A stretch of 64,000 nt of DNA, taken from NCBI RefSeq assembly GCF_022045235.1, contig NW_027266319.1, positions 26,598,001-26,662,000 of the forward strand, given 5' to 3'. The DNA is from Haliotis cracherodii (taxonomy: Eukaryota). Within the stretch, counting starts at the first letter, position 1, and every line of letters begins with the position of its first letter. The notes beneath the pieces were generated by a model, which made no database searches, was not told the DNA's origin, and worked only from the letters and a program-made list of their open reading frames with translations. Of this stretch, positions 38,911 through 51,951 are shown in pieces. The position numbers and the translations under genes were made by a program.

Positions 38911-40091
38911 CATGTAATAATAGCTTGGAATGTTTCTTTGTTTGTTGTTTAACGCCGCACTCAGCAATATTCCAGCTATATGACCGCGGTAGCTTGGGAT
39001 GTAAAGCTTTCTGTTTTCCATATAAAATGCACTAAAAGGAAATGGTATTCATCTCAAATTATACACATAAAAAAGCACATTATGTCATGGTAATCTTGGC
39101 TATGTTTCTCCTCACCCCTTTCGTTTCACTAAATAATTCATTTCGTACGATAATCCTTTACACATTTCATGCACCGGTTCATTAAAGCTGCTCGGTCTGA
39201 GAATATACGGGTGCTACTTAACCGCGCCATGCTGCTTTAATGGGTCTGTGTTTCTGCTGGCGACGCTCGAGTTTCATCACAGCAGCATTTATCTATGCTG
39301 AGTCAACTACAAGAGAAACGTTTGGTCCGAGACATTAAAATGATGTTCATATGGCAGTGAAACACGTCAATGAGTTTCACAGTCGCGCCGACTGCAGGAG
39401 CAAACCATACCGATCACGTGACCCACACGGCAGCCATGGTGACAAAGCCAAGCAAGACAAATATCATGCTCTTGGTATATTCCGTGTGACAAATTCTTAT
39501 TTTGATGTTCATTAATATCAAAGGTTGAAATCATATTTTAAAGATCTTTGGGCCAAGAAGAAAGATTATGAAAATAGTATAACAGATAAATGAAGACCCG
39601 TGGAAGATACTGAAGAATTTGAGGAAGTCTAAAACTACATACAACACTTCAGCAAAGGTTGGCTTGAGTTCCTTTTGGAAACTTGTTGAACAGCTTGGAC
39701 AGAATGATACCACAATGGATGACACGGTGAAAGAATCATAAAGCCCCTATTACATTACAAGAGGTAACTAAGTCAATTAAAGTTTGGCAAGTGTGGGTTC
39801 GAATCCCGGACGGGACTCAACCCCAAAAAGTACGAGAATCTGTACTTTTCTAAGAAAGTGTTATCCCAAATATAACATTTGTTACATTTGACCACTTTCT
39901 AAATGGCATTGCGTGTTCATAATTAAAGTTTTGAAAAAAGAAGAAATCGCTAGTCTTTGGTGGCATCACAGCAAAAGTACTTTGCCATTCTGTTGATGGT
40001 ATTGCTCTGGTCCTTTTACGTCTTTTCAATTAATGTTTTTGATTCTGGAAATTACCCTGAGGAGTAATTTATATGCCCGCTTCTTAAGCCA

Positions 40092-40143
40092 GGCTAAGCT
40101 AAGCTAAGCTAAGCTAAGCTAAGCTAAGCTAAGCTAAGATAAG
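40092..40143. repeat. (GCTAA)n microsatellite
   Basis: Directly visible. Confidence 0.9.
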
Positions 40144-40300
40144 ATTATCCCAAGGGAAATTCACATTTTACAGTTAATTATCACTTAGATATGAGAAAAA
40201 AAGAAACTATATGATATTTAGATATGTACATAAGAAAATAAGACACTTTCTAATACAAAATCGGGTAAAACATGTACAGAACTGAACGTTATAACAGTGA

Positions 40301-40713
40301 CGAACTAGGCTGGAATTTCTGGGCTCGATCGTAGCGCCACCAGTGGCTAATACGAGTAATGTCCCATCTATGTTCCTCCTATTGACCAATCAGATTCCAT
40401 TTATCATATCACTTGCATTGTTCAAACAAAACAGCGGCACCTTTTCAAGACAATCTGCTCGATTGTCAAGATTTGTTTTGTAATAAAACGGGTCTTACTC
40501 CGCGAAGCGTACATCACATCACGTGATCATGAGCACCTAGATTAAAAACATGAAAACAATTGCAAAACGTCTGAAGACGCCCAGTCGGCGGTACACATGT
40601 TATGCAAATCCTGCAGCCGACCGAAATCGCACGTTGAAATGCATGTTGTTTACGAACCGGATGTCTAGATCGTTGGCGATTTTCATTGGACTATGCATAG
40701 ACTCGTTAGTCCA
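40301..40713. mobile_element. Internal part of the 8796-9338 MITE family
   Basis: Collinear with 8853-9250; both termini missing. Confidence 0.8.
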
Positions 40714-40715
40714 GG

Positions 40716-41400
40716 ATGCTTCATGTGATAAATGGGGACTTTCTCTCAACATCCATAAATCTCACATTGTCGTTTTACAGAACGGAGGATATTTACGTAA
40801 TTATGAAAACTTGCATTTCAAAGGGCCACATATTAAAGTAGTGTATTATTACAAATATCCAGGACTAGTGCTGACACCAAAATCCGTATGGACTCGCGCA
40901 ACAACAGCATTAGCACAGCAAACATAAATGTTTATCTTACGATCTACAAACTTCATCATATATGTGGTGGGTTACCAATTAACGTTGCAGCAATTCTATT
41001 TGACAGCTATACTGATATACGGAGCCGATATTTGGTGATTTCGAAACCAAGTTGAAAGAGTCCACACAAAATATTTTAAGAAATTCATGTATCTACCAAA
41101 ATCTGCATGTAATGTTGCTGTTCTTGGGGCTTGTAGGAGGAATTCTGTTTTTGTTACTCATGTTGTTAAATGTATAACTTACTGCACTAAACGTCTCTAA
41201 ATGGACAATAGGCTTCCCCAAAAAACTATTTAATGCTACCTGGACTTGACAGTGGAAATCGTACCTCATGGATTACATACGTCAAAGAGATTCTTTCACA
41301 TAAGGATTTGGTTATGCATGGATTATGAAGTATGTTGGAAACATTTTTATCAGAAATATATCGATAATGACAATTACCAATGGGAAATAAATATTAAAGG
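40716..41400 (+). mobile_element. Degraded LINE RT C-terminal fragment (RTE-X-like)
   Basis: CDKWGLSLNIHKSHIVV..NGG...YKYPG, YGADIW, ERVHTK motifs. Confidence 0.7.
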
Positions 41401-41854
41401 GCAAGTAAAGGCTACTTTGACGATTTTACTTTTGGCCATTCCTAATCATAAATGCTTGAAATTTCAGAAACGGAAATAGCGTAAAACAGACGATAAAAAA
41501 CGACAGGCGAAATCCTGCCCCAATGAAAATTTCGACCACTGAGGGAATTCCCCTTTGTGGGGTTAAAACGGGTTCCCGGTGTTTGTCGCGCTGCCGACAA
41601 CGCCCAGTCTGTTTGCTTCTGCCTAGGATTTTCTGATACATTACATTTTTTCTGTCTGTTCATCCATTTTTTGACAACTTATGTCACCTTACTAACAACA
41701 CTGAAGATGCTTTCAGTTGTTTAGTCAGGGGATTAATCCCAGACGGGCATTTATTGTGTGGAAAAGGGCCGAGGGTAACTGGTTTATACCCCAAGCAGTA
41801 TGTTCCCTTTGACTGTCTGTTTTCTGCCTTCAAAGTTGTTTATTGTCACACCAA

Positions 41855-42065
41855 TACATTAAATGGGTCTGAAATATGGAGATACGAAAATTCCGATATA
41901 ATTGAGAAACTACATCTTAGGTTTTTAAAGTTAGCAATTGGATTTAGTTATTCCACTCCTAATTTCATGGTTTACGGTGAGTGTGGTAGAATGCCTCTTC
42001 GTATTAAAGTCTTCAAAAGAATGATACATTTCTGGCATAAAACAGTAACTAGTATAACAAAACAT
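41855..42065 (+). mobile_element. LINE ORF2 fragment
   Basis: NGSEIW...IEKLHLRFLK...STPNFMVYGECGRMPL. Confidence 0.75.
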
Positions 42066-42074
42066 CCCAAGCGT

Positions 42075-43790
42075 TAGTAGAAGTCAGACGTATAGCGTCT
42101 TGTTGATTTGGTCTAAAGTGGAACACATTGGTTTTACCTAAGTTGACGGTAAGTCTCCATCTCCGGGCCCAGCTATGCAGGACATCAAGTAGTTGTTGTA
42201 GTATATTGGCGTCGGGCGCCAGCAGAATGACATCATCAGCATATAAGAGTACCGCTATGATGATGTCTATTTCAAGGCCACAGTTGCTAGTTCTATCGCT
42301 ACAACGTTGACATATAAGGCAAACAGTGTCGGAGAGAGTACGCTTCCTTGTTTGACCCCTGATCTTACATGGAACATGTCCGTTTCAAATTCGTTGACTT
42401 TAACAGAGCACCTGACATCCTGTCGTAAAGTGACTGGATTGCCTGGAGTATGTTCCCTGTTATGCCGTAATCCATCAATTTGTACCGGTTATTGACGAGA
42501 CTGTAAAGTGTATAAACATGTTGAAGCAGGATCGGTTGACTCCTTATACCATCCAGAAAGGCATCATCAAAGTCTCCTGCAGAATCAGAGTTACTGTACA
42601 GGTGTGTGTAGCCATTCTGCCACCTTTTTAATTACATCGTCCCGCTCCCTACTGACTGACCCGTCTTCAAACACGGTTTCCATCGGAATAAATGTCTTCC
42701 TATTGTTACCCGTTCCCACTTCACCAATTTCTCTCCAGAAGTCTTTCCCGCTCATTCTGTCTTTTCTTTCTTGCTGATATCGGTGTTTAGCTCTTCTCAG
42801 ACTTCTGTCGAACGTTCTGTGAGCTGTGCAGAATTCACTTTTCAAGGTTGATTTAACAGAAGTAGGACCTTTAAACTTTAACCAAACTCTTTCCTTACAG
42901 CTAACTGAATCAAACAATACCTGCATGGATTCATTCCAGAATGACTTTGCCTTGCATCGCCTTGCTTTCCGACCGTATGGACCTTGGTACACAACCCTAC
43001 TTGGAAGTTTTATCATCCATTTCCGCCACCAGGAGCTCTGTAAACGCCGTATATGCAGTATCAACATCATCGTTGTGGGGGGCATGTTCCATCATGTCAG
43101 TTGCGTTGGAGTCTTTATTGAAGGTACTGGCACCATTGAAGAAGTCCTCTAGTATGGATCTTGTATCATGTCGAGTCTCTGTGGTTACGTCGTTATGAGT
43201 GAGTGAGTGGGTAACAGTATTCCAGTCATATCGCGGCGTGTCAGCTTCATGTGGGAGGAAAGCCAGAAGTGATGCAGGTCTCAGACGTTTACCACTTCGG
43301 TGAAACCCACGAGCACGGGTATGGTGCTGACATACCTAGAAACATAATTGGGGCGAACCGGGATTCGAACCCACAATCATAGGTTTCTTGCGTGTCCAAG
43401 GGACGCAACTCTGCACAGCGAATCGCGGCGCCTTAGACGACTGGGCCACCCGTGCCCCCCTACGTCGTTATGGATCTGAACTGCATCAATTTCAGCTTCA
43501 ATCTTGACAAACCACTCACGCACACTGTGATCTGGCATTTTAGTACTGGCTTGGATATTGAACTCACTTACTAAACAGGAGAGGAGATGGACTTTAAAGT
43601 CAGAGCAGAACATCAGTTGCTCATTGTCCACAACAGACTTCCCGCGATACGAGACGTGTGTATAATATTGTGTCCCAATTCTTCCATTTAATATGCACAT
43701 GTTCGCTGTAGCTAGAAAGTCAATCAGGAGATCACGATGTCCGTTCTCCACTTCATCAATGACGTCACGTGGAGTGACGTGGTCAACATC
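42075..43790 (-). mobile_element. Degraded LINE ORF2 (endonuclease end, linker, RT), internally deleted
   Basis: LIDFL..NMCILNGR...GKSVVD...PDH; GVKQGSVLSPTLFALYVN; LLYADDVILLA. Confidence 0.85.
43198..43460 (-). mobile_element. SINE family D, full length, nested in the LINE
   Basis: TSD tacgtcgttatg at 43186-43197 and 43461-43472; tRNA-like head with B box ggttcgaatcc; ACTC tail. Confidence 0.88.
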
Positions 43791-44197
43791 TGAAATTAAG
43801 TCCGAGCATTAAAATCCCCAAACAGGTAAGTATGGCCGAGATTCTGGTGGGCACAGATTTGACTGTAGAGCCCAAGCATGGACTTTTCCGCGCCACATGG
43901 CCGTGTTGATTCGGAAGGGGGTATGTAACACACACAGACACAGAACACACAAGACGAAGATTTAGATTCAAGCTTCAGCCATAAAAATCTTCCTTAAATA
44001 TCAGCCAATAAAAACAGTTGTTTAAGCACGTGTCGGAAAGCGCACGTGAAAACCCAAACTTATTAAGTAAGTTGTCACGGCTGCGGTGCTATAGCTTTAG
44101 GCCACGCCTATAAATTGTTTTGTTTTGGAAGACAATGACGGAGCGTGTGATTTCAGCACTTTTACTTGGATATTCAAATTTGTTTTATACAATGTTA

Positions 44198-44200
<3 letters not shown>

Positions 44201-44239
<39 letters not shown>
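44201..44239. repeat. (CT)n microsatellite
   Basis: Directly visible. Confidence 0.97.
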
Positions 44240-44240
<1 letters not shown>

Positions 44241-44309
44241 AAAATTTACTAAATGTGTCTTGGAAATTTGATATTCGCAACAAAGTCGGAATCAACTTTA
44301 TTTGTTCTG

Positions 44310-45140
44310 ATCGCATGCCTTCACGTAGGATCACTTCTGATTACATAAGATCACTTCTGATCACATACCATCACATATGATCACTTCCTATCACCTAGGA
44401 TCACTTCTGATCATATACCATCACATAGGATCACTTCCTATCACCTAGGATCACTTCTGATCACATACCATCACATAGGATCACTTCTGATCACATACCA
44501 TCACGTAGGATCACTTCTGATCACATATCATCACATAGGATCACTTCTGATCACATCTCATCACGTAGGATCACTTCTGATCACATACCATCACATTGGA
44601 TCACTTCTGATCACATAGGATCACTTCTGATCACATACCATCACATAGGATCACTTCTGATCACATACCATCACGTAGGATCACTTCTGATCACATATCA
44701 TCACATAGGATCACCTCTGATCACATATCATCACATAGGATCACTTCTGATCTCATGTCATCACGTAGGATCACTTCTGATCACATACCATCACGTAGGA
44801 TCACTTCTGATCACATATCATCACATAGGATCACCTCTGATCACATATCATCACATAGGATCACTTCCGATCACATGTCATCACGTAGGATCACTTCTGA
44901 TCTCATGTCATCACGTATGATCACTTCTGATCACATACCATCACATTGGATCACTTCTGATCACATGCCATCACGTAAGATCAGCTATGATCACATGCAA
45001 TCCCCAAAGATCACATATAATCACATATCCTTATCTATTATCAAATATAGTTACATATCTCCTAAGATCACACATCATCTGCTAAGATCACATATGATCA
45101 AATGTCATCTAAGGTCACATGTGATCCAATCTAATCACCT
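44310..45140. repeat. 30-bp minisatellite of three 10-bp subunits, decaying at its 3' end
   Basis: tcacatagga-tcacttctga-tcacatacca units. Confidence 0.95.
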
Positions 45141-46189
45141 AACATTTTTTAATGTCCGCCCTACCCTCGAGAAACGGGGCTCGTTGAATCGATCCATTTT
45201 TACATAATGACCTACAGTTGCATTAGCTTTGGTTTTTGTGCACGCACGTTCAGAAAGGCCGGTGAATTTCTATCTCACAATTATCTGCAACAACAATAGG
45301 GTGACGTCAACCTAATGGTTTAATCATCGCAATGTCGAAGATTCGTTGTTGGACTATGGCGCCTCTGGGCGTCACCTCGGAATCCCATGCATGACTTGAA
45401 TACGACATGGGACACACTGTGCACGACACCCGCAGCTGGACAACCGTAGGCATTAAGGGGGCTGAGTCTGAATTTATTTTTGTCCCAGAATTGTTTTTAA
45501 AAAAGTAATTATGCTTTAATTCAGGCTGTTCGAAAAAATGAACGTGTCTGCTACAAGAATCACATTGTTTGACAGAATCACATGTTTTACAATGTTATAT
45601 ACATAAGCAAAGTTGGTGGACTTGACACCGAGATATATTCCATTACAAATTATCATTACTTACGAAAGTTTGGCTTATTGAAAAAAGCCTTGTGGTCATT
45701 TATTGAGATGTGATCTACCACGACCGTATGCTGAAGTTTGCAGATATCGAGCCAAAACCTGGTTATGGCAAGAATTTGACATGGAATTGGAGTTAACCGT
45801 GCTCCAAATGGTAAACGAAACTCTCAGTCAAGCAAATGTCGCTGCAAAGTCTTTTGGGCAGAAAACCAGTTCATTTTTTCCTTCATAACTCATCTATGAA
45901 TATTTGTTCTGAATTAAGATGGTTTGACTTTAAAGTTATACATATAGAGAATATCACCCAAGTGTCTTTTGATATCAAATATATCAACACGAGTTGAAAA
46001 AAGTGGAAAACTTCCGAGGCTTTAACAACATCATTCTTTCAACTTTTTCAATTTGTAGACAGTAATTAGCAGTGTCTTCAGTGGTCTGCAAAGCATTGTG
46101 ATGTAGTTTCATTGCAGCAATATCTACAGTGTAGATATCGCTTGATCTCATACAAGAGATATCTCCTGTGGGAGCCAGTTTTGGATGAT

Positions 46190-46750
46190 AAAATATTTTA
46201 AGTACTAACTATTATTTATTTAAAATTGAATATGTTGAATCGCCAGTTTGTTCATAATGTAATGAACCATCTGAAACAATTACTCATGTATTATGTAATT
46301 GTCACTATGCTGATGATATATGGACGAAACTCTCAGATTGGCTTTGAAACTATACAGAAGGCAGAGATAATTTTAGTAATGAACACATACTGTTTGGATT
46401 TGAAGAGAAGAATAACAATTCACTCAGTGCAGTAATTATGGTAACAAAAATCTGTGCTGTACACATTTAAAAGAAACAAGTCAAACCAATCTTTTTACTC
46501 AATTAAAAAAAATACTTCGATATTATGAAATTACAAATTGTATTGCTTAGTATAAATGTAATTTTGCAAGTTTCCATGGCTTCTGGTCTTCTCTACATGT
46601 ATTATTTAGAAACTCTGTATAACTATGATATCAGATCTGTCTGTGCTGCAAACATGCCAATAATGTCACAATAAATCCATGCTCACTCTATGAATGATAT
46701 TGAATTGAACAATTTGATGGAAAATGGAATAAATAATTAAAAGAAAAAAA
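46190..46750 (+). mobile_element. L1/Tx1-like LINE 3' end remnant
   Basis: C..C...ETITHVLCNC...IW zinc-finger-like remnant, then AATAAA and an A-rich tail near 46730-46750. Confidence 0.55.
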
Positions 46751-47325
46751 TCAATTAAGAACTATTAACTTTTAATCGTTCAAATTGTTTTGCATTGTAT
46801 TCATAAGAGCCTAGTGGTTAAAGCGGTTTGCTCGTCACCCCGAAGACCTGGGTTCTCTATAAACTATACTCACGCACTCATAAAATTGGAACAGAGGCCA
46901 TGAAATCTATTTTACCTGATGCGCGGTGACCCATAACGCTCAAGTGAGGTTGCATATATAAATGTACAGGTAAATTGAAGGTTGCGCTTGAGCTATGAAT
47001 GCACGCTATGGGGGCCCACATTCTGTCAGCCCTGTTTATGATGCTATCTCAACAGGCGTATATAACGATTGTGTATCTGTTTAATTAAAGTACAGAGTTC
47101 ATGTAGTACGACCTTCAAATGTTCACTGACCTAAAGTAGAGCAGCAGAGGTTGTTGGCGCTGCTTTGACACAACTTTATATTCAGAGCAGAACCGAACTT
47201 TGTTTACACCCATTCAGGGATACTCGGCATGTGATATTACCTTTCACGCATGCCATAAAACAATGGGCGTGTCGGTGTTTTTCAGTCCGTGTCCAACCGC
47301 AATACTCCGGCTTAGAAGAAGAAAC

Positions 47326-47447
47326 CACGCCGAAGACCCGGGATCGATTCCCGACATGGGTACAATGTGTGAAGCCCATTCCTGGTGTCCCCGGCCGTGA
47401 TATTGCTGGAATATTGCTGAAAGCGGCGTAAAACCATACTCACTCAC
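47326..47447 (+). mobile_element. 5'-truncated SINE family A
   Basis: TSD tagaagaagaaac at 47313-47325 and 47448-47460. Confidence 0.9.
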
Positions 47448-47449
47448 TA

Positions 47450-48800
47450 GAAGAAGAAACGACCCACCATGGATTCCAGTGAAAAGGTTTGGAAACAGTT
47501 GTGGTCTACCCCCGGCATCTGCAACCTCGAGGAACCAGGGGTAGAGGATTACAATAGTAGTGTATATGACAAAATAAAGTCACCATTGTGTTTCATACAT
47601 CCGATTGCCTTAAAATGGTAATTAAAAACTCCAAATCTAATACGGCGCAAGGGCCTGATGGTATTCGAAACTGGTTTTGGAAACTGTTTCCATGTGTCCA
47701 AACACCATTACTTCACTGTTTAAAATCTCTGGAGGATGCAGGGGATGTTCCGCCTTGGTTGTGTAAAGGTCCTACAAAACGTCTTCCGAAGAATGGTGAT
47801 TTGACGGACCCTAAAAACTTCACTTGTCTGAATACACAGTACAAAATATCAACAGGGTATCTTACAGATCTTGTATCATTATACTGCGCTTCCAATGACA
47901 TTATTTTCATGGAGCCAGAAAGGGATGTTGGGGTTGCAAGGATCAACTGCTAGTTCAGAAAATGAACCTTGAAGAGGCTAAAACTTACCACCGTGTTGGA
48001 TAGACTACAGAAACGTGTATGATTCTGTACCTAACGAATGGATTTTGAAGTCAGTGGAATATATTGACTTTTCCGAGCGACTACTTTTTAACTCAACTCT
48101 TTAATGAATTGCTGGTCAACTCAACTTGAGACGTATTCGCACTGGCAGGTGGTGACTTCGGAACCCATTTCTATTAGAAGAGGTTTATTGCAGGGTAAAT
48201 CGTTTTGTCCTTTGCTTTTCTGTTTGTCACTAAATCCTTTAAGTGTTTTGCTTAGCGCAGAGGAAGGTTATCATCCTTGACCTCCTCAGCACAGATCCCC
48301 AACACCCCTCACTCATCAACTTTACATGGATGACCTTGAACTTATTGCCAATGGAGGATCCCCATTCAAACAACAGATTCTCCTTGTCGAGTCCTTTTCT
48401 AATGATATAGGCATGTCCTTCGGACTCGACAAACGCAACATTCTTCATATGAAAAGTGGCAAGGTAGAAGAGGGAGGATCAGTTGAGGAGGGAGTTATTG
48501 ATTATCTCGTGGGAGGCCAGGCCTACACGTACTTAGGGATGCAAATTAGGGACAAATTCCAGAATGCCCATATCAAGAAAAAACTTCAGGCAGAGTACAA
48601 ATGAAGACTTAAGAAAATCTGGAGTTCCGAGCTGAAAGCTCGCAATAATGAGTGTGTGAGTTAAAGTCTAGTGTCACAGGGTGGAAACTGGACTTATAGT
48701 CTGTCAACTCCCTTGCCACGGAAGATGCAAAACGGAGAGAACCACTAGGTTTATGTTCACTGATCAGATGTCGCAAATGTGGGCAGGCGTTGTCGTCGAT
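47450..48800 (+). mobile_element. Degraded RT of an R4/Dong-like non-LTR retrotransposon
   Basis: AQGPDGIRNWFWK, LPKNGDLTDPKNF.TCLNTQYK, GCKDQLL, IDY..VYDSVP, RGLLQG..CPLLFCLSLNPL, HQLYMDDL, FSNDIGMSFGLDK, YTYLG. Confidence 0.82.
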
Positions 48801-50834
48801 ACAGTTTGGGGCGAGAAGCAGAATTTTCACTATAGCCTGCATTCATAGCTCAAACGCAACCTTCAATTTACCTGTACATTTATATATGCAACGTCACTTG
48901 AGCGTTATGGGTAACCGCGCCTCAGGTAAAATAGGCAGCTTGTGGGTGGTTGTGAGGACAGGCGAAATGTGGTCTGTGCGGCGAGTACGAGCGGCATCCA
49001 ACACTGTAAACCATGTACTAGTATTTAGATTCCAAACACAAAGCTAAACACGTTCCTTGTCCCACTATTTGGACATGTTTAGGTCTAAACATGTTTAGGA
49101 TTGTGTTTTAGGGTTCTAAATTTGGGGAAAACTTGTATATCCACCTTGAAATTAAGTGTAGGTACTTCGAAAGAAAGGGCGCTTTCTGTTTTTTTTTAGC
49201 ATTTCAGGGGGATACAGTAATGACGTGTGTGTGTGTTTGGGTAGGTGGGTTGGGGCGGGGGAGGTAAAAGCTACCTGTAGTCTTATGAATGTATTAACAA
49301 TTTCGGGAGGGGGTAACTGTAAACGGTTAAGGGCCTAGCGTATTAATCAGATAAGCTTTCATTGTAAGCTTCCTATATCAGAGAAATACCATTAGGCATG
49401 CAGCAGTAACCCATTTAAGAACACCTAAATTTCAAACCTTGGCGGGATACGAAGCTGCAATCTCTTGTTTTGTAGCCTTTCACGCTAACTCCAGCGCCAC
49501 GGTGAGTGTTGTCCCAACAAGGGTTAATTTCCAAGTCACCATTCATCGTGATTTGTGTATTTGTACGTTTACGTTTGTTGTAAGTTCTGGTGATATACTA
49601 GTATGTGTTATGCAAGTGCCTGTGAATCACCATGCGCATCTAATTTCAATGTATATTATACGTACATCTTAACCGTATTTTACTTATAGCATAAATGATA
49701 TGCACGTTTTTGAATAGGTTTAAATGTTAAACGTGTTTAAATTGTAAACAGATTAAAACGTGTTTTGATTTTAAACATGTTTAGATTATGGGGATGTTGT
49801 GTTTAGGTGGTGTTAGGCTATGAGGCGATAACTCATTTCATGTGTTTAGACTCTATAAGTGTTTAAATAGAAAACACGAGTTGACTCATGGCAAGCCAAA
49901 TGGAGCCTAATCCTTTTAGAAGCTGACATATGATTGGCTACCCTGTATCCTTCAATTAGATTGGAGGGCCAAATGTTAGAGGCTGTCAGAACTTCACTCA
50001 GAGAAGTATCCTAAGATTATTTAGCCTGATCGTATGCACACACAAATATTTCTGTACAAACGAAATGCTGGATGTTCGACTCATTCATTCAGAGAAGTAA
50101 AACACATTGTATATACCTTGAAAAGAGTGACTGTCTCACAAATATCACAAGCAACCCACAGCGCCTACAATGAAGGACAGCACTCGTGCAGTCTTGTGTC
50201 TGTACTTGTTGAAATATGTCACAAAGCCCTACCATCAAGCTTCACGTCTATCACACCCGACCACAGTTAGTGTACACAGAGGCCTTGAACACTGTGCAAA
50301 AATATATGTTTTTCAATCGGATGAGACTCCAAAAATATAGAGGCAGCCTTAGAACATCGTTTCAATAAGACTAGTCCTGAAGACTAGTAAAAACCTAATC
50401 TCGCGTATCCGCACAGTTTGAAGCTAGTCCTTGAACAGCAGCATTGAAGCACTGAAAACTGGTTTGGAAATATAACCCTCAAGTACTACGACTCAAAGAG
50501 GAATACCACCATCAGATTTTCACCTGTCCTCAGCATAATTAACCAGTCTCGGGCTTGTGGACTAGAGTGAATATCGATGGCTTTAGATGTTGTATTTATT
50601 CCCTTTGGAAAGTTGATTTTGTGGGATATTCTACTTGCATATCTGCCCCACCTTGATCTTGAACTGTTCCCTGAGAAGAGTAAATATGTAAAATGCGTCA
50701 TTCATAACAAGTTTGAGGAGGGGAGCGGGGTCGCCTTGTCGTTGGCTTCCTCGGACATATTGTTCCTTAGCCAATTCAAGCACACAACAATAATATCCTA
50801 CCAGTCAACTGCGAGCATTATATAGCTTCCCTTA

Positions 50835-51029
50835 TGCGCGTCTTAAAATTCACAACTGAAATACGTCATTGCCGTGTCACCAAAGGTCACTCCTGTATGA
50901 GCTGACTGGTTTCCGACAACGACCGAGGGCGAAATCGGAACCACCCGGACTCTAAGCTTGCATAAGTTCCGTGTGAATCAGTCGGTAAACAGCTATACCC
51001 GTTCAAGGTGTTTCTTGCAACAGGTCTGC
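50835..51029 (+). promoter_or_regulatory. Paralogous promoter and 5' UTR of a second multicopper oxidase copy
   Basis: Direct match to 27135-27324; initiator TCAGTC at 50978; TATA box degenerated to TTGCATAAG. Confidence 0.55.
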
Positions 51030-51049
51030 ATGAGGCTAGCCTTGATAAG
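51030..51049 (+). CDS. Exon 1 (MRLALIR) of a second multicopper oxidase paralog whose main exon would lie beyond the window
   Basis: ATGAGGCTAGCCTTGATAAG|GTAAGG; intron homology continues 51050-51540 and resumes at 63415-63990. Confidence 0.6.
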
Positions 51050-51682
51050 GTAAGGCGTTGTTCTTAATTTATAACTCTCTACGTTATATTTTTTTAAAAA
51101 TCATGAAACTATTATCACGGGTGTGACACGCTATTCATGTCTGTTAAATATCTGAACTCTCAATAGAGATTATATGTGTTGAAAAAGATGCCCCTTTTAG
51201 ACATGTCAAGTTGTGTTGCTCGGGACGGTGTGTGTGTTGTACGATTTCCTGTCGGCAAATGTCAGACGACTCACTGCCAATTTCATCTAAGCGAGACTAA
51301 GCGGATTAAATTACACCAAAAAATTTTTAAATGTCAGCGTTCGTTACCGTGTACAGATCAGGTCTCCTTATGCTCAATCTAGCACCCCATATAACGATGC
51401 ACGATGCAAGACCCCTCACCGTGAATCACACGTTTAAATCTAATCACAAGTCCATCATTGGTATGTGGTCAACATTTCGATTTGTCATAAATAGCTCCAC
51501 ACCTTAGACACTATTGAACAGAACCGATCAAATGTCAAACATTTTCGACGAAATTGTCGTTCTTCGTAAGAAAATAAATCTTTATAGCTTAACACTCATT
51601 ACCGCATGATATCTGCCTGTTTGTCTGTATTTTAGGTGGTTAATTTTCGTGTTTAGTTGTATAAGCGTTCATCGCCGTGTCT

Positions 51683-51951
51683 GTTGGTTTGTTTGTTTGT
51701 TGTTTTGCGCCGCACTCAGCAATATTCCAGCTATATGACGGCGGTCTGTAAATAATCGAGTCTGGACCAGACAGTCCAGTGATAAATATCATGAGCATCG
51801 ATCCACGTGATTGGGATCGATGATATGCTTCAACCAAGTCAGCTAGCCTGACCACCCGATCCCGTTAGTCGCATCTTAAGACAAGCATAGTCGCCTTTTA
51901 CGGCAAGCATGGGTAGCTGAAGGTCTATTCTACCCCGGATCTTCACGGGTC
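51683..51951 (-). mobile_element. SINE family B, full length
   Basis: AAAC tail; TSD-like tcgcc(g/a)tgtct flanks. Confidence 0.88.

Noticed and set aside
44755-45207. ORFs with 10-aa or 14-aa periodicity here and at 60822-61364 and 63126-63792
   Set aside because: Minisatellite translations
50480-50810. RQGDP-like RT motif on the - strand
   Set aside because: Too degraded to assign; noted only as part of the promoter insert
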